Source: Marsupella aquatica | Lineage: Eukaryota; Plantae; Marchantiophyta | DNA: 64,000 nucleotides | Reading direction: 5' to 3' | Assembly: GCA_973895155.1 (NCBI GenBank) | Contig: OZ316895.1 | Location: 22,208,558 to 22,272,557 of the forward strand | Shown here: positions 11,722-22,472 of the stretch, piece after piece | Layout: the number at the start of each line of letters is the position of its first letter | How positions within the stretch are numbered: the first letter of the stretch is position 1 | Translations under genes and position numbers: made by a program | Notes under the pieces: model-generated | The model's input: the letters and a program-made list of their open reading frames with translations, nothing else | Told to the model about the DNA's origin: nothing | The model's database searches: none

Positions 11722-13070
11722 CTAATCTTGATTCCCAACATACTCAAATCGATGTTCCTGCCCTTTAAGATTCCACAAGTGAGCCACTAAATCATTGCGT
11801 AGCATAAAGTGAGTCTCAGTATCTTCAATCACTCTGGTCACATTCAAATACTCTGCCAATCTGAGGATGACAACCTCTGCCCTTCTCTGGACCTGGCCTT
11901 TCCACTATAGTCCCAATCAAATGGTAGACGGTCCAATCTTTCATCTTCCACAATCATATTGTGGAGGATCACACAGGCAAGCAACACATCTTTAATATCA
12001 CTTTGCTGGTGCATCCTAACAGGGTTTCGCACAATTGCAAATCGTTGCTGCAAAACACTGAAAGCTCTTTCAACGTCCTTTCTTGCTCCTTCTTGGCATT
12101 TTGCAAACTAACACCTTGCATCTCCCTGAGGCATGGCAATGGTTTTCACAAATATGGACTAGTCTGGGTAAATTCCATTAGTGAGAAGGTAGTACCTAGA
12201 ATATTGGCGCCCATTCACTGTGAATTGTACATCATTTGCCTCACTCCTCAAGAAATTGTTGACTAGAGGGGATCTATCCAAAACATTCAAATCATTATTG
12301 CCACCAGGAAGCCCAAAATACGCATGCCAGATCCACAAGGACTGGTCGGCTACCGCCTCAAGCACAATGGATTTTTCTCCATCTTTGTTTGTGAAGAGGC
12401 CCTGCCAAGCAACAGGGCAATTCTTCCAGACATAGTGCATACAATCCAATGAAGCGAACATGCCTGGAAATCCTCTGTGCTCATTGATGGAAAATTGGGT
12501 TTCCATGTCCTCCTTGGTTGGCTGTCGTAGGTACTGGTCCTGGAAGTTAATTCGAATAGCCTTGCAAAACAATTTCAAAGAGAGCATAGCTGTGCTTTCT
12601 CCAATCCTCACATATTCATCCAAAGCATCAGCTGAGACTCCCAAAGCCAACATACGAAGAGCAGCAGTACATTTCTGAATTGAAGAGAGGCCCATGACTC
12701 CTGCTGCATCTCGCTTTTGTATGAAATACCTCTCAGATGCACAGACAGTATCATGAATCCTCCAGAAAAGGGGCCTTGGCATCCTATATCTCCTCCTAAA
12801 CCGTCTTTCGTCAAATGTAGGATTTTCCCTAAAGTCATCGTTCCAGATCCTATCATGGCCTGATGCCCTATTACGATCAATGTTTGGGCGTTTGCCTGGT
12901 CTTGATCCACCTCGCCCAAGAAGAACCGAGCTCTGTCTCCAGTATGTCATCAAAGCCAAAGGGCCACACATGGTGATTTGCTCCCAGAACTCCATATCTT
13001 CGTCGTACTCTCATTGGCTCTCCTCAATTTGCCTTCTCAATCTCTTCCTCAATTCTCCGTTTCCAGCCAT
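11722..13070 (-). pseudogene. Harbinger/Pong DDE transposase pseudogene
   Basis: Motifs FRRRYRMPRPLF, GFPGMFASLDCMH, KDVERAF, ACVILHNMIVEDE and LRNDLVAHLW. In-frame stops at 13011-13013 (TGA), 12159-12161 (TAG) and 12108-12110 (TAG). Frameshift near 11865-11900. The second catalytic Asp reads Asn (LTNGIYP). Confidence 0.92.
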
Positions 13071-13421
13071 CGTCTCCGAGTCGCCACAGCTCAGGCCTTC
13101 TACTCCTTGATTCAATTCCCAAGCAGATGGCTTTTGTTCTCGACAGTCAATGCACGTCAAGAGCTCTTTTCTTCACACTCGACTTGTGTATTTGAATGTG
13201 CTCACGATTCTTGCGCGAAAGAGAGGAGATGCGGACGACTGTGGTCTCCCCACAGTTTCACGAATATGACGTCTGTTAGTCTGTTTTTACCGGTACCGGT
13301 GGGGAATAGTTGGGCCCGGGAAACTCATTAGGACACCGGGGACGTTACTGCCCGCCAAGTACCAGTATACAGGCCAGTTTTTAGCGAGACTGGTGGGAAT
13401 GCCCTTACAAAGGGCCAACCA

Positions 13422-13560
13422 CAAGCTAAAGTTGGAGCCTAGGTTTCTAGAGTGGAACCTAACTCTATGGCCCACCATGGGGATGAGGAAACTCATGGCT
13501 GTGATGTATGTCAAATGATAATCATACATGCTTTTTGTATAATTCTATTAACATTCAAAA
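13422..13560 (+). repeat. Dispersed repeat, copy A
   Basis: Similar to 62885-63040 (taggtttctag...actcatg...tatgtcaaatgat.atcat.catgctttttgt...ttaacattcaaa). Confidence 0.7.
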
Positions 13561-13789
13561 ATCTTTCTAGGGCCCTACCATAATATATATATCTTACTAT
13601 AAATGCGCAAACTAAAATATACTTTTAAGAGCCTAGTCTAGAGTGAATACTCTAGACCTTAACTCCATGGCCATCATGTGCATGGAAAAACTCATGTCAA
13701 GTGGTACATACAAGTCTTTTGTGATATTTTCTAAAAAAGGGCACTATGGCCCCACCACAACATATGTGCATACAAAGACTATCATGTAC

Positions 13790-14135
13790 ATAGAAACGAG
13801 AATGATATATTATATATGACTATTAAAATGATGGGTTTTTCATCATTTCATTAACCTTCAAAGAATAACATGAATAGAGAATATATATTGGTAACATTTT
13901 TATTGTCCTCTCCACTAGCTATTCACTTTCAAAGAAAAGGTAGTCAGGGCTAGTGTGCAGAGAAAAGAGGATGTGCATAGAAAGAAAAATGGTATGTTAT
14001 GTATGATTATTAAAATAATGACATGCATGGTGATTTCTTTTATCATTTTATTAACCTTCAAATAATGTGAATAGGGGATCTACTTTGTTGACACTTTTAT
14101 TGTCCTATCTGCTATTCACGTTCAAAGATCGAACG
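13790..14135. repeat. Degenerate tandem duplication of ~180 bp
   Basis: tattaaaat.atg...tcattt.attaaccttcaa...gctattcac.ttcaaaga occurs twice. Confidence 0.6.
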
Positions 14136-15549
14136 GGTAGCCAGGGCTAGTTGGGTAACTAACAAGATACTTTGTGGTCTCGGTGTAACCAAAGAATTTT
14201 GTCATAAAATTTTTAAGAAAATGCTGAGCTTCCTGGTGTAAACACTGACTTTTCATGCCACGTTTCTAAAATGAAAACAGGAGAATAAAGGAGTATGAAG
14301 CTCAGATGGACTGAGTGGTGTGCTGTGATGCCCCTATGCATGGATTTCCAAAGCTAGGATGGACGGACTCACAACATAAAACAATGCTCAGATAATACTC
14401 TTTACAGTTTTAATTGAAATATGACTTCTAAACTGGCTCTTGGCTGATTGCAACCAATTTCCATTACTTTTTGTCATGGTAAGCCGCTGCTAATGCACAA
14501 GCTACTTAGGTGTGTACTTTACAAAATTGAAACGTTCTTCCCAAAAGTGGTACGTTATTGATCATGCACCAACTACTCAAAGGCGTCCTTCACAAACTTG
14601 AAACCTCCTTTGGCATTTGGTTTATTACATTTGCCCATTCTCACACTCATTGCATGGCAATGAAGCCAATGATCTTAGAAAAAATCTCAATTTTGTTAGG
14701 TAATAGAATGGACATCAAAGAACATGCTGTAAGACTTTGAGCTTAGATCCAAGAGATGTCCCCACAAATACACAATTTTGCCAAAACCTAGATCCATAAG
14801 TCTGCCAAATACCAGCATTTTACAGTTGGCCGGGGACAGTGCCTTGGAAAACTACTTGGGGATTCATTACAAAAGCATTTGGTCCATGTGGATTTTTGGT
14901 GTAAAGTGAGGCAGCATGTGTCACAGTCCATAAGGATGGGAAAAACAAACCCCTCCCCATCTTGGCTTTATTTCCAGTGTAACGCTATGCATTTATTACC
15001 AAATGAACAGTAATTCATATTTTGCAATTGAAACCAGGTAATGTTCCCGGTCACAGAATGAGATTATATAGTCACCTACATGTTAAGAATGTCCTAAGCA
15101 TCCTGGTGTCGACCCTGACTTTCTGGTGCAAACATTGTGTGAAAAGACTGAAGACAAAAGAGTAATTATAGTTTGGACAATAAACCAGGATGAACTATCA
15201 AATTAAACTCATATGGAAAATACTAGGACCTCGGATTGAACTAAGATAGCACCTTTTACAATTTAGATTCTGGTCTACCCAAACTTTGTTGACACCAATG
15301 CTTCTTTTTCCTTCTACCAGATGAACTGCCTTGCCAATGATACACACTAAGAGGGTTTCTAAATTTCTTAGTGGTTATTTTTTATATCAATGATCCCAAT
15401 TTAACCATTCGATCCTGATTTAACCATTAACACAAAAATCTAAGTGATTGCTATTGATCAAGAGAGGGGTGTACTTTTTTATTGATCACTTGCTAAAATG
15501 AACAATCCAAAGTTAACCATCCAAATCTAACCATATGTAAACTAGTCGT

Positions 15550-16866
15550 GCAAACATTTTCTGTCTAACCTTAATATGCTAAGGTTCATCAAATTTTGAG
15601 TTTCGAGACCCCATTGTCTTGTCCTTCGTGCCCCCTTTTGCCTTTTCCCTCCCCTCTCCAGTACACTCCGACGGGCCAATACAATCTCCAATCCCATCCA
15701 TCATCTGTGACCCTTTCTAAACTGAGGCTTCCCAATGTGCCATAAGTGCCACTTCCTAAAACACAAAAGGACACTATGGCCTAAGGATTATATACCTTGC
15801 CCATACCCCACGGCCCTATTTTGACACATGTCAGCACTGTCACAAAAAATTGTCTTCTGGTTGTAGTTTTTTGGACATCTAATCCTTAGGGCATCTATAT
15901 ACATAGCTCGTAAGGTTTTCGTCCCAACCATAAAACCATTGTATTTCCTTGATTGTATTTCACTTCCTGCCCTCTTTTGAGACGCCCTACTTGATTATGG
16001 ATTGGGCAGTTCTGTCTCTAACCTTCATATAATAAGGTCTATCAAATGTTAGCCCATACAAAATTTCTGTCTAATCTTAATCAAATTTTAGTCCATAAAC
16101 ATTTTCTGTCCATCCTGCCCTAGTTGATTATGGATTGGGCAGTTCTGTCCGTACCCTTCATATAATAAGGTCTATCCTGAAATTTTAGCCCATACACATT
16201 TTCTGTCTAACCTTGATCAAATTTTAGTCCATAAGCATTTTCTGTCTAACTTGCCTTAGCTGATTATGGACTGGGCAGTTCTGTCTCGAACCTTCATATA
16301 ATAAGGTCTATCAAATTTTAGTCCATAAACATTTTCTGTCTAAGTAACCATAATCAAATTTTAGTCCATAAACCCTTTCTGTCCAACCTGCCCTACTTGA
16401 TTATGGATTGGGCAGTTCTGTCCCGAACCCTAAACCCTAAACATTTTCCGTCTAACCTTAATCAAATATTAGTCCATAAACATTTTCTGTCTAATCTTAA
16501 TCAAATTCTAGTCCATAAACATTTTCTGTCTAACCTCAATCAAATTTGAGTCCATAAAAGTTTTCTGTCCAACCTGAATACAATAAGGTCCATCAAATAT
16601 TGAGGTTTGGAGACCCCATTGTCGTCCACACATTAAAAGAAGATAACTTTGCAGGTAATCACACATGAAAAGAATAACCAAATTGATCATGGTAAGAGGG
16701 ATGTAGTACTACATATATGTAAAATTTCGATGATGTGCACCACTTAGGATACCCCATTGTCTTGTCCTTCGCGCCCCCCTTTTGCCTTTTGCCTTTTCCC
16801 TCCCCTCTCCAGTACACTGGGGTGGGGCCAGTGCAATCTCCAATCCTATTCATCATCCGTGACCTC
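15550..16866. repeat. Complex minisatellite array with ~105-bp direct repeats
   Basis: Four units starting tgattatgga.tgggcagttctgtc (near 15991, 16124, 16261, 16398), built from ~33-bp subunits atcaaattttagtccataaacattttctgtctaacc. The direct repeat ccccattgtcttgtccttcg...catc.gtgacc lies at ~15609-15712 and ~16752-16864. Confidence 0.85.
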
Positions 16867-18416
16867 GAAATGCGGGCGCGAAAAGCAGACGTACTGCCGT
16901 CAGTCTCGGCAGTGACTCCATCCAAAAGCAACGCGAACGAGTCACGCGAATGTTTGAAACGTCGAGGGATTTGAGGTTTGCGGAGCTGGGCCTGGTGATC
17001 ACCATTGCAAGCGACACCGGGACGAGACAAAGCGAAAGATTGTCGCCTGCAGGACTGCGCCATAGACCGTGTGCTCGCGTTAGATTTTTCGATGTGGTTG
17101 TGCATAACACGGAGGGGAGGACTCGAAGAAGAAGACCGGTGAGACGCGGTGGCGTTGGATTTCGCAGTTGCAGCGCCATGCTGCAAAGTAAGTTCGCGGA
17201 TAGATCGCGTTCACTTCAGGTTATCGCTGGTGGCGCGTCAGGCACTCTAAATATTAGCCGATTTATGCGATTTCGATCGGAGTCCAGTGCTTTCTGCGAT
17301 CGCTGCATGCTCGTGTGCCAGGGTCGATCGTTCGAAGTTATGGTACTCGTCAAACCTGATGTGCTGCAGCATTTCTACAGTAAGTTGAACTCTAGTTGTC
17401 GTAGTGGAAGGAAAACCTCGAGAGTCTCGAGTTTGAGTACTGTTTTCAGCTGACGTCGCCGTGAACTGCTCGTCTGCCTGATGATTTGCGCTGGCTGCTC
17501 TCAAAATGCGATTAGAGAATCGTCAGTATTCTAAATTTCGGTGATTGATGTTCATGCCTGGATTGTAGTCTGGAGGGGTCTATGTTCTGTCTCGATTTAT
17601 GTACGCCGTTAAACTTCTACCAGGATGATGATGCCGCCATTTATATAAAACGCATTAGAAGAAAGCTTGACTCAATTGTGGCGGCTATGACACCAACCAA
17701 TGGAGTTCGTGGTTGTGTGCACAGATGTTCATGCAGATTGTCGTCTCCGGTATTCGCTCAAATATCTTTCATAAAACCTGCAAGGTCCGGGACTCGCAAT
17801 CAATGCAGTGAATGGTAGACAGTCACTGGGAAAGGGCGACGCTCAGGCTTGAGGTTCTGAGTCTGACAGGGCGCCATTATGATTTCAATTTGTGGATCGA
17901 TCTGGACGCCATCCGTAGATTTCCATTCCGATTGATGTAATAGGCTCGGCTCCATGTGTTTGCAAATACATAATGCGAAGGACATGATTCGGGTCTCTGA
18001 CATGTCGGCTTATCGTGCATCTATGAGGGAAGTGTATGGCCATCGACTTCGGAGCTACCCGATGGGAATGACCTTCAAGATGAGCACGGATCTGGCATGA
18101 CGACTTCTCGGATGTGTTAATACTGATCGTAAAGCCCCTGCAGATTTTCCACGGGAGCGTCTTCAAGTTCTTATCATGAACCTGCAATCAATTCTGTGAT
18201 TTCACGAGGTTCTCAAGGTAGTTCAGTCACCTCAGAAATTGCAGAGGCCGGGGAAATGACCGAGAGATTGGGAGAACTCAATCTCTGTTTCTTGGCGGCT
18301 CTCGTAGTTTTCCGTCCAGAGTCAGATAGAGAGTTTTGAATGTTCTAAGTCGGGGCCTGTTGGAGAGAGAGAGAGAACTGACGTATCCTGCAAGGAGATC
18401 CTAAGCAGCTGATGCA

Positions 18417-19394
18417 ATGTTTCATAAGAAATCCGAGCCGAGCGGAAAGGATTCCAGCGCATCGTTAGACTTTGGACCGGCTTTGTCGACTCAATCGGGA
18501 ACGAGCGTCCAGAAGGACGGCTCTATAACACTATGGGGACCAGGTGTAAAGATGCAGGAAAACCCGTCGTCAATTCTCACGGAGAGCTTGCACGCATGGC
18601 GAAAGGATAATGCACAATTGCCTGCAGCGAAAGCCGCCGAAGAGCTTCACAACATGTATGAAAACTTGCCCCCCGAGGCTTTGGAGCTGACGTTCCAAGA
18701 CATGATGGGCCGCAACAACTCTTTGAAAGGTACATCGAACGACAAGGCAGGGAAAATGCGGGGCAAAATGTTCAATAAGTCACCTTTGACGACGGTCAAT
18801 GATGCAAGCGATGGGGGAGGTGAGAAGGATGTCGAGCAGGTCAACGGTGAGCCTTCGAAGGAGAAAGGAAATGGTCCCAAGGTCTCTCTCTTCGCCAAGA
18901 TTGCGTTAATGCTCGCATCGAAGGAGGTGCACGCCCCTTCTAAGAGGACAACACTTACCCAAGAAGACCTAGACAAACTACTGGAAAAACGGCGAGGAAA
19001 ATCTACAGGTTCCACTCGGGAGGGATTGTATTCAGCGTCCACCACTCCAGCCACTAGCTTCCGTCGAGTATCGCCTATCGCGTCACCAAAGTTATCACCC
19101 ACGCCCTCATTCCATGACTTAATGTTCGAAATTGATGGACATTCATTCCGAAGCGAAAAATCAAATTCAGTTACATTTCTCGACTCGTACCTGAATGAGG
19201 GCGGGTTGCCCCCTATACACGACGGATTACAACTTGAAAGAGAAGTACCACGAAGTTCCAAGCGCATAACCTCGCGCACAACGCGGGGGAAGGACGCGAA
19301 CGACTGTTCCATATGTTCAACGACTAATCTTTTTTTCGTGAAGACTAACTGCGTGGTACTGTACTTTCCACCGCCCTCATCAGTCACTCAGTGA
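18417..19394 (+). CDS. Ser/Lys-rich plant protein of unknown function
   Basis: 325-aa ORF. EELHNMYENLPPEALELTFQDMM recalls the ELMEM..MPES.YELSLKD motif of an uncharacterised plant family (from memory). A possible 10-nt first exon ATG 17178-17187 (donor gtaagt) is phase-compatible with the acceptor at 18408. Confidence 0.7.
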   Translation: MFHKKSEPSGKDSSASLDFGPALSTQSGTSVQKDGSITLWGPGVKMQENPSSILTESLHAWRKDNAQLPAAKAAEELHNMYENLPPEALELTFQDMMGRNNSLKGTSNDKAGKMRGKMFNKSPLTTVNDASDGGGEKDVEQVNGEPSKEKGNGPKVSLFAKIALMLASKEVHAPSKRTTLTQEDLDKLLEKRRGKSTGSTREGLYSASTTPATSFRRVSPIASPKLSPTPSFHDLMFEIDGHSFRSEKSNSVTFLDSYLNEGGLPPIHDGLQLEREVPRSSKRITSRTTRGKDANDCSICSTTNLFFVKTNCVVLYFPPPSSVTQ

Positions 19395-20209
19395 GTCAGT
19401 GGGACACCTCGATCATTTCTCACACCATCTCGATATTATATATTATTTTTCTTCAACTCTTCGGAGCTGCTACAGTCCTCTCCAGATTCTGAAATCTGAA
19501 CTTTTTAGTAGTCTCTGTCGTTTGCTACATCTTTACATCCGGAGACCTAGAGAAGAACAGTGTGTGAACAATACCATTTCTTGGACTGCTCTCTGAAGTA
19601 AAATTGGTGGAATCGGACCGAGTTATATGCAACTTACTACTGTAGGCACTGGCGAGACAAACTGACAAAGAATACCCATTGACCTGATGAGTGATGATAG
19701 CGGCCAGTAACGCAATTCCGCAAATTCCGCGCCACCTCCGTCTAGTATCTAGACATCTGTGCTCCGCAGAAGACGGCGGCAAGCGGTCAGTCTGAAATCT
19801 TGCAATAATGCAATTTCCAGATGTATGAGTTGGTCGATTTCGTTACTTCGCAGGTATGCGGCAAAGCCTTTTGCCCGAGCTGCAGAAATCTAGAAACGAA
19901 AGATGTATTCGGGGGTCGCAGATGCAAGAACAACTGCGGAGAAGAACAGCTACCTGTTGACGACCGGTGAGATTCAGACCTGGTTTTTCGTTTGGTGAAT
20001 TGCATTGTGTCTTTCATCTTCTCAGGTTCAAGCATGTTAACAGAGGATTGGAGAGTGGAACGGAAATAGCACAGTGAACGAGGCAGAATCTTGTACATCG
20101 TCTGGTTCTAGCTAGAAGGTCAAATAAATTAAGGAAAGAGTCATCATTCAGACGTGAGCTGGTTCCGCTTGGAAGAATGTAGTGTAACGGATCCCTAGAG
20201 TGGGTAATA

Positions 20210-20575
20210 GGGCCTGTCAAACCTAAAAATTTGATGAACCTTTAACTTACAAAAAGAAAAAGTCATTAACTACCATTTATAGTTCATAAAGATTGGTTAC
20301 ATGTCATCACCATAAGTCAATGTAAAGAGGAGTGACAAAACCTTTTAAAACAACCTTGTGAAAAAGTTACAGCCAAAAGCTATCATTTACAACTGTATGT
20401 TTTGAGAACTAATAAGGAGTGTCAAAGTTCTCCCTAGTACCTTTTTTTTTCTTTTTTGGGACATATGAACATTATGGGATACATATTTTGGTAGCCCATA
20501 ATGATTTTTTCATGGTTGTAACAAAGTTTTATGTCCTGAGCCATAAATGAAGTACAGCCATGCTTTGACAGGCCT
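20210..20575. mobile_element. Possible Tourist-like MITE
   Basis: Short inverted ends ggcctgtcaaa (20211-20221) and tttgacaggcc (20564-20574) in TA-rich flanks. AT-rich non-coding interior. Confidence 0.45.
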
Positions 20576-22308
20576 TAATAGAATGTAAGCCCAAAAGGGT
20601 TACAATCCATTATCCAAAAGTTCATAGATGCACTTGCAATCACATCAACATGATTTATAATAAACAAGAATCTTTAGTTATGTAAGAAGAACCAAGTCTA
20701 ATTATTCATGTTTGAAGCAAGGCAAAGAAAAGCAGTTAGATCCTTTAACTGTAAAAAATAATGGAAACTAACCAAACTAACATTTCAAGTAAACAAAGAA
20801 AAAGGTAACATAAGGATAAAAATAATAATCTTTAAATGAATTGTAACTGATATATAAGAGTCTAATAATACATTTCAATTTTCTATTTAATTTACACATC
20901 AAATGAGAACTAGAAACAAACTATTCAACTACTCTAAGAGTTATCAAGGTAACATAAGAAACTTAAGAGCTTTTCATGTTCTCTAACATTTAACAAGGTA
21001 ACTTAAGAAACACTCTAGCTATTATCAATAGAGGAGTAACAAGCAAAGGTAAAAAGGACCATAACTAGTATGGGTAGAGGAATAATAAGGGACTCTAAGA
21101 CGTGTGAACTCCTATGGACAAAGTAATATTTTGCATGAATTATATGAAATGTTACATGTATTGTATAGACATAGAGGTACTAAGGGAAACATTAAATTGT
21201 ATGGAAAATTGCCCTCGGTATTACCATGAATGTACTCCTATTTCTCTTCAATGAAATCGTCCCAGCTACCTTTAATCTTTGTACTCTCATTTATCTATTC
21301 CAATGTGCAACTCTTCATGGCTCCAAATAGACTAGCTTACATGACCAAGGGGTCCTCGAACTAATGTTGACTTATGATGGCATATGATCATTCTGTACAC
21401 CAAAAGTTGTGTATTATGCATCTGATAGTACTAAAACAGTTCTAAATTTGATAGTCCATAAATTCTTGTTTCACTACCCTTAACCTAGTACTTAAGGTAC
21501 ATCAAGTTTGCAGGTTACTTTGAGAACCCCTACATTATTGAAGCCCTCTTTCCATATATTGGGGCCTAACTCCCATTAATTATGCCAAATTGGAGTGACA
21601 CCGGGAGTGACACAGAGAGTGTACTATTGTAGTAGCACTACACTTTGTGTTGGTGCTCTCCTTTGCCAGATGGGGGTAGGGGGCAAATGGAAAGCTTCTC
21701 TAAAAGGTGTTTTGCATATATGTGGGCAGCCTTTGAGTTTCCGGCCCTCAACTGAATGGATGGCATTCCACCATTGAGTGAGATGTTTATGCCTCAACCT
21801 CTTCCTCAGGCAGGCATGACGACGTGTGTGGTGGATAACCAAGAAAGGGTCAGAAAGTTTCTGGCCCTTGAGCTCCTAATCCTTGACGATGAATAAGAGA
21901 AGAGGACATTCACACTTAGCAAAGTTCACACCTAGTCAAGTGACAAATTTTGTGGAGCATGGAAATCCATTTTTTCCAGACAGTTTAGGAGTTCTAAGGG
22001 CTGCCAAAGATACGTCTCTGGACGTGTAAGACGGTGCTAGTTCTCAGAGCTATCTCATCAGAACACTCACTCCCTATGAGAGTAGATCACAATTTGTCCA
22101 ATCTATTCTGCTTGACTCACAAACTCTAGTATGTACTGAAATGTGAGTAATTCCAATCTAGAGATACACTCTTTAGCATTTTTGTGTGAAAAATTCACTA
22201 GATTGCACCTGTTTGAAAGGTCTTCTCCACATTTAGCAAAAAATGGCTAGGCTTTGTCTTCCAACTAGCCACACACCTCATCAGTCAGAATAAAGTGGTT
22301 GTCATTAA

Positions 22309-22472
22309 ATCTAGGGAGATCTGAAGGTCAGAAATCTATCTAGGAAAACTAGAATATTCCTAGCATCTTCTCTTCATACATGGCGACATTTCTAGGGATA
22401 TCTGACAGTCAGATATCCATCTAGGAAACTAGAACATTCCTAGCATCTTCTCCTTCACACATGGTGATATTT
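22309..22472. repeat. Tandem duplication of ~82 bp
   Basis: tctaggga.atctga..gtcaga.atc.atctaggaaa..ctagaa.attcctagcatcttctc occurs twice. Confidence 0.75.

Larger units (their letters stand above)
10072..13404. mobile_element. PIF/Harbinger DNA transposon, full length, transposase defective
   Basis: Left TIR gagcattcccaccggtcttgtaaaa from 10072; right TIR reverse complement gggcattcccaccagtctcgctaaaa ending 13404. TTA TSD at 10069-10071 and 13405-13407. Carries convergent Myb-like and DDE genes, the established two-gene PIF/Pong architecture. Confidence 0.93.

Noticed and set aside
12108-13013. Stop codons in the Harbinger transposase as RNA-editing or readthrough sites
   Set aside because: U-to-C editing is organellar. 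One stop is TGG>TAG, and there is also a frameshift and a D>N change, so ordinary decay explains it.
15991-16600. CRISPR-like repeat array
   Set aside because: The intervening sequences are themselves repeats rather than unique spacers, and the context is eukaryotic with no cas genes.
18647-19387. 246-aa antisense ORF
   Set aside because: Shadow of the 18417-19394 gene.
21300-21850. Possible Harbinger remnant on the minus strand (CIIHNF; QWWNAI...FREAF)
   Set aside because: Motifs are too short and degraded to support without an HMM search.
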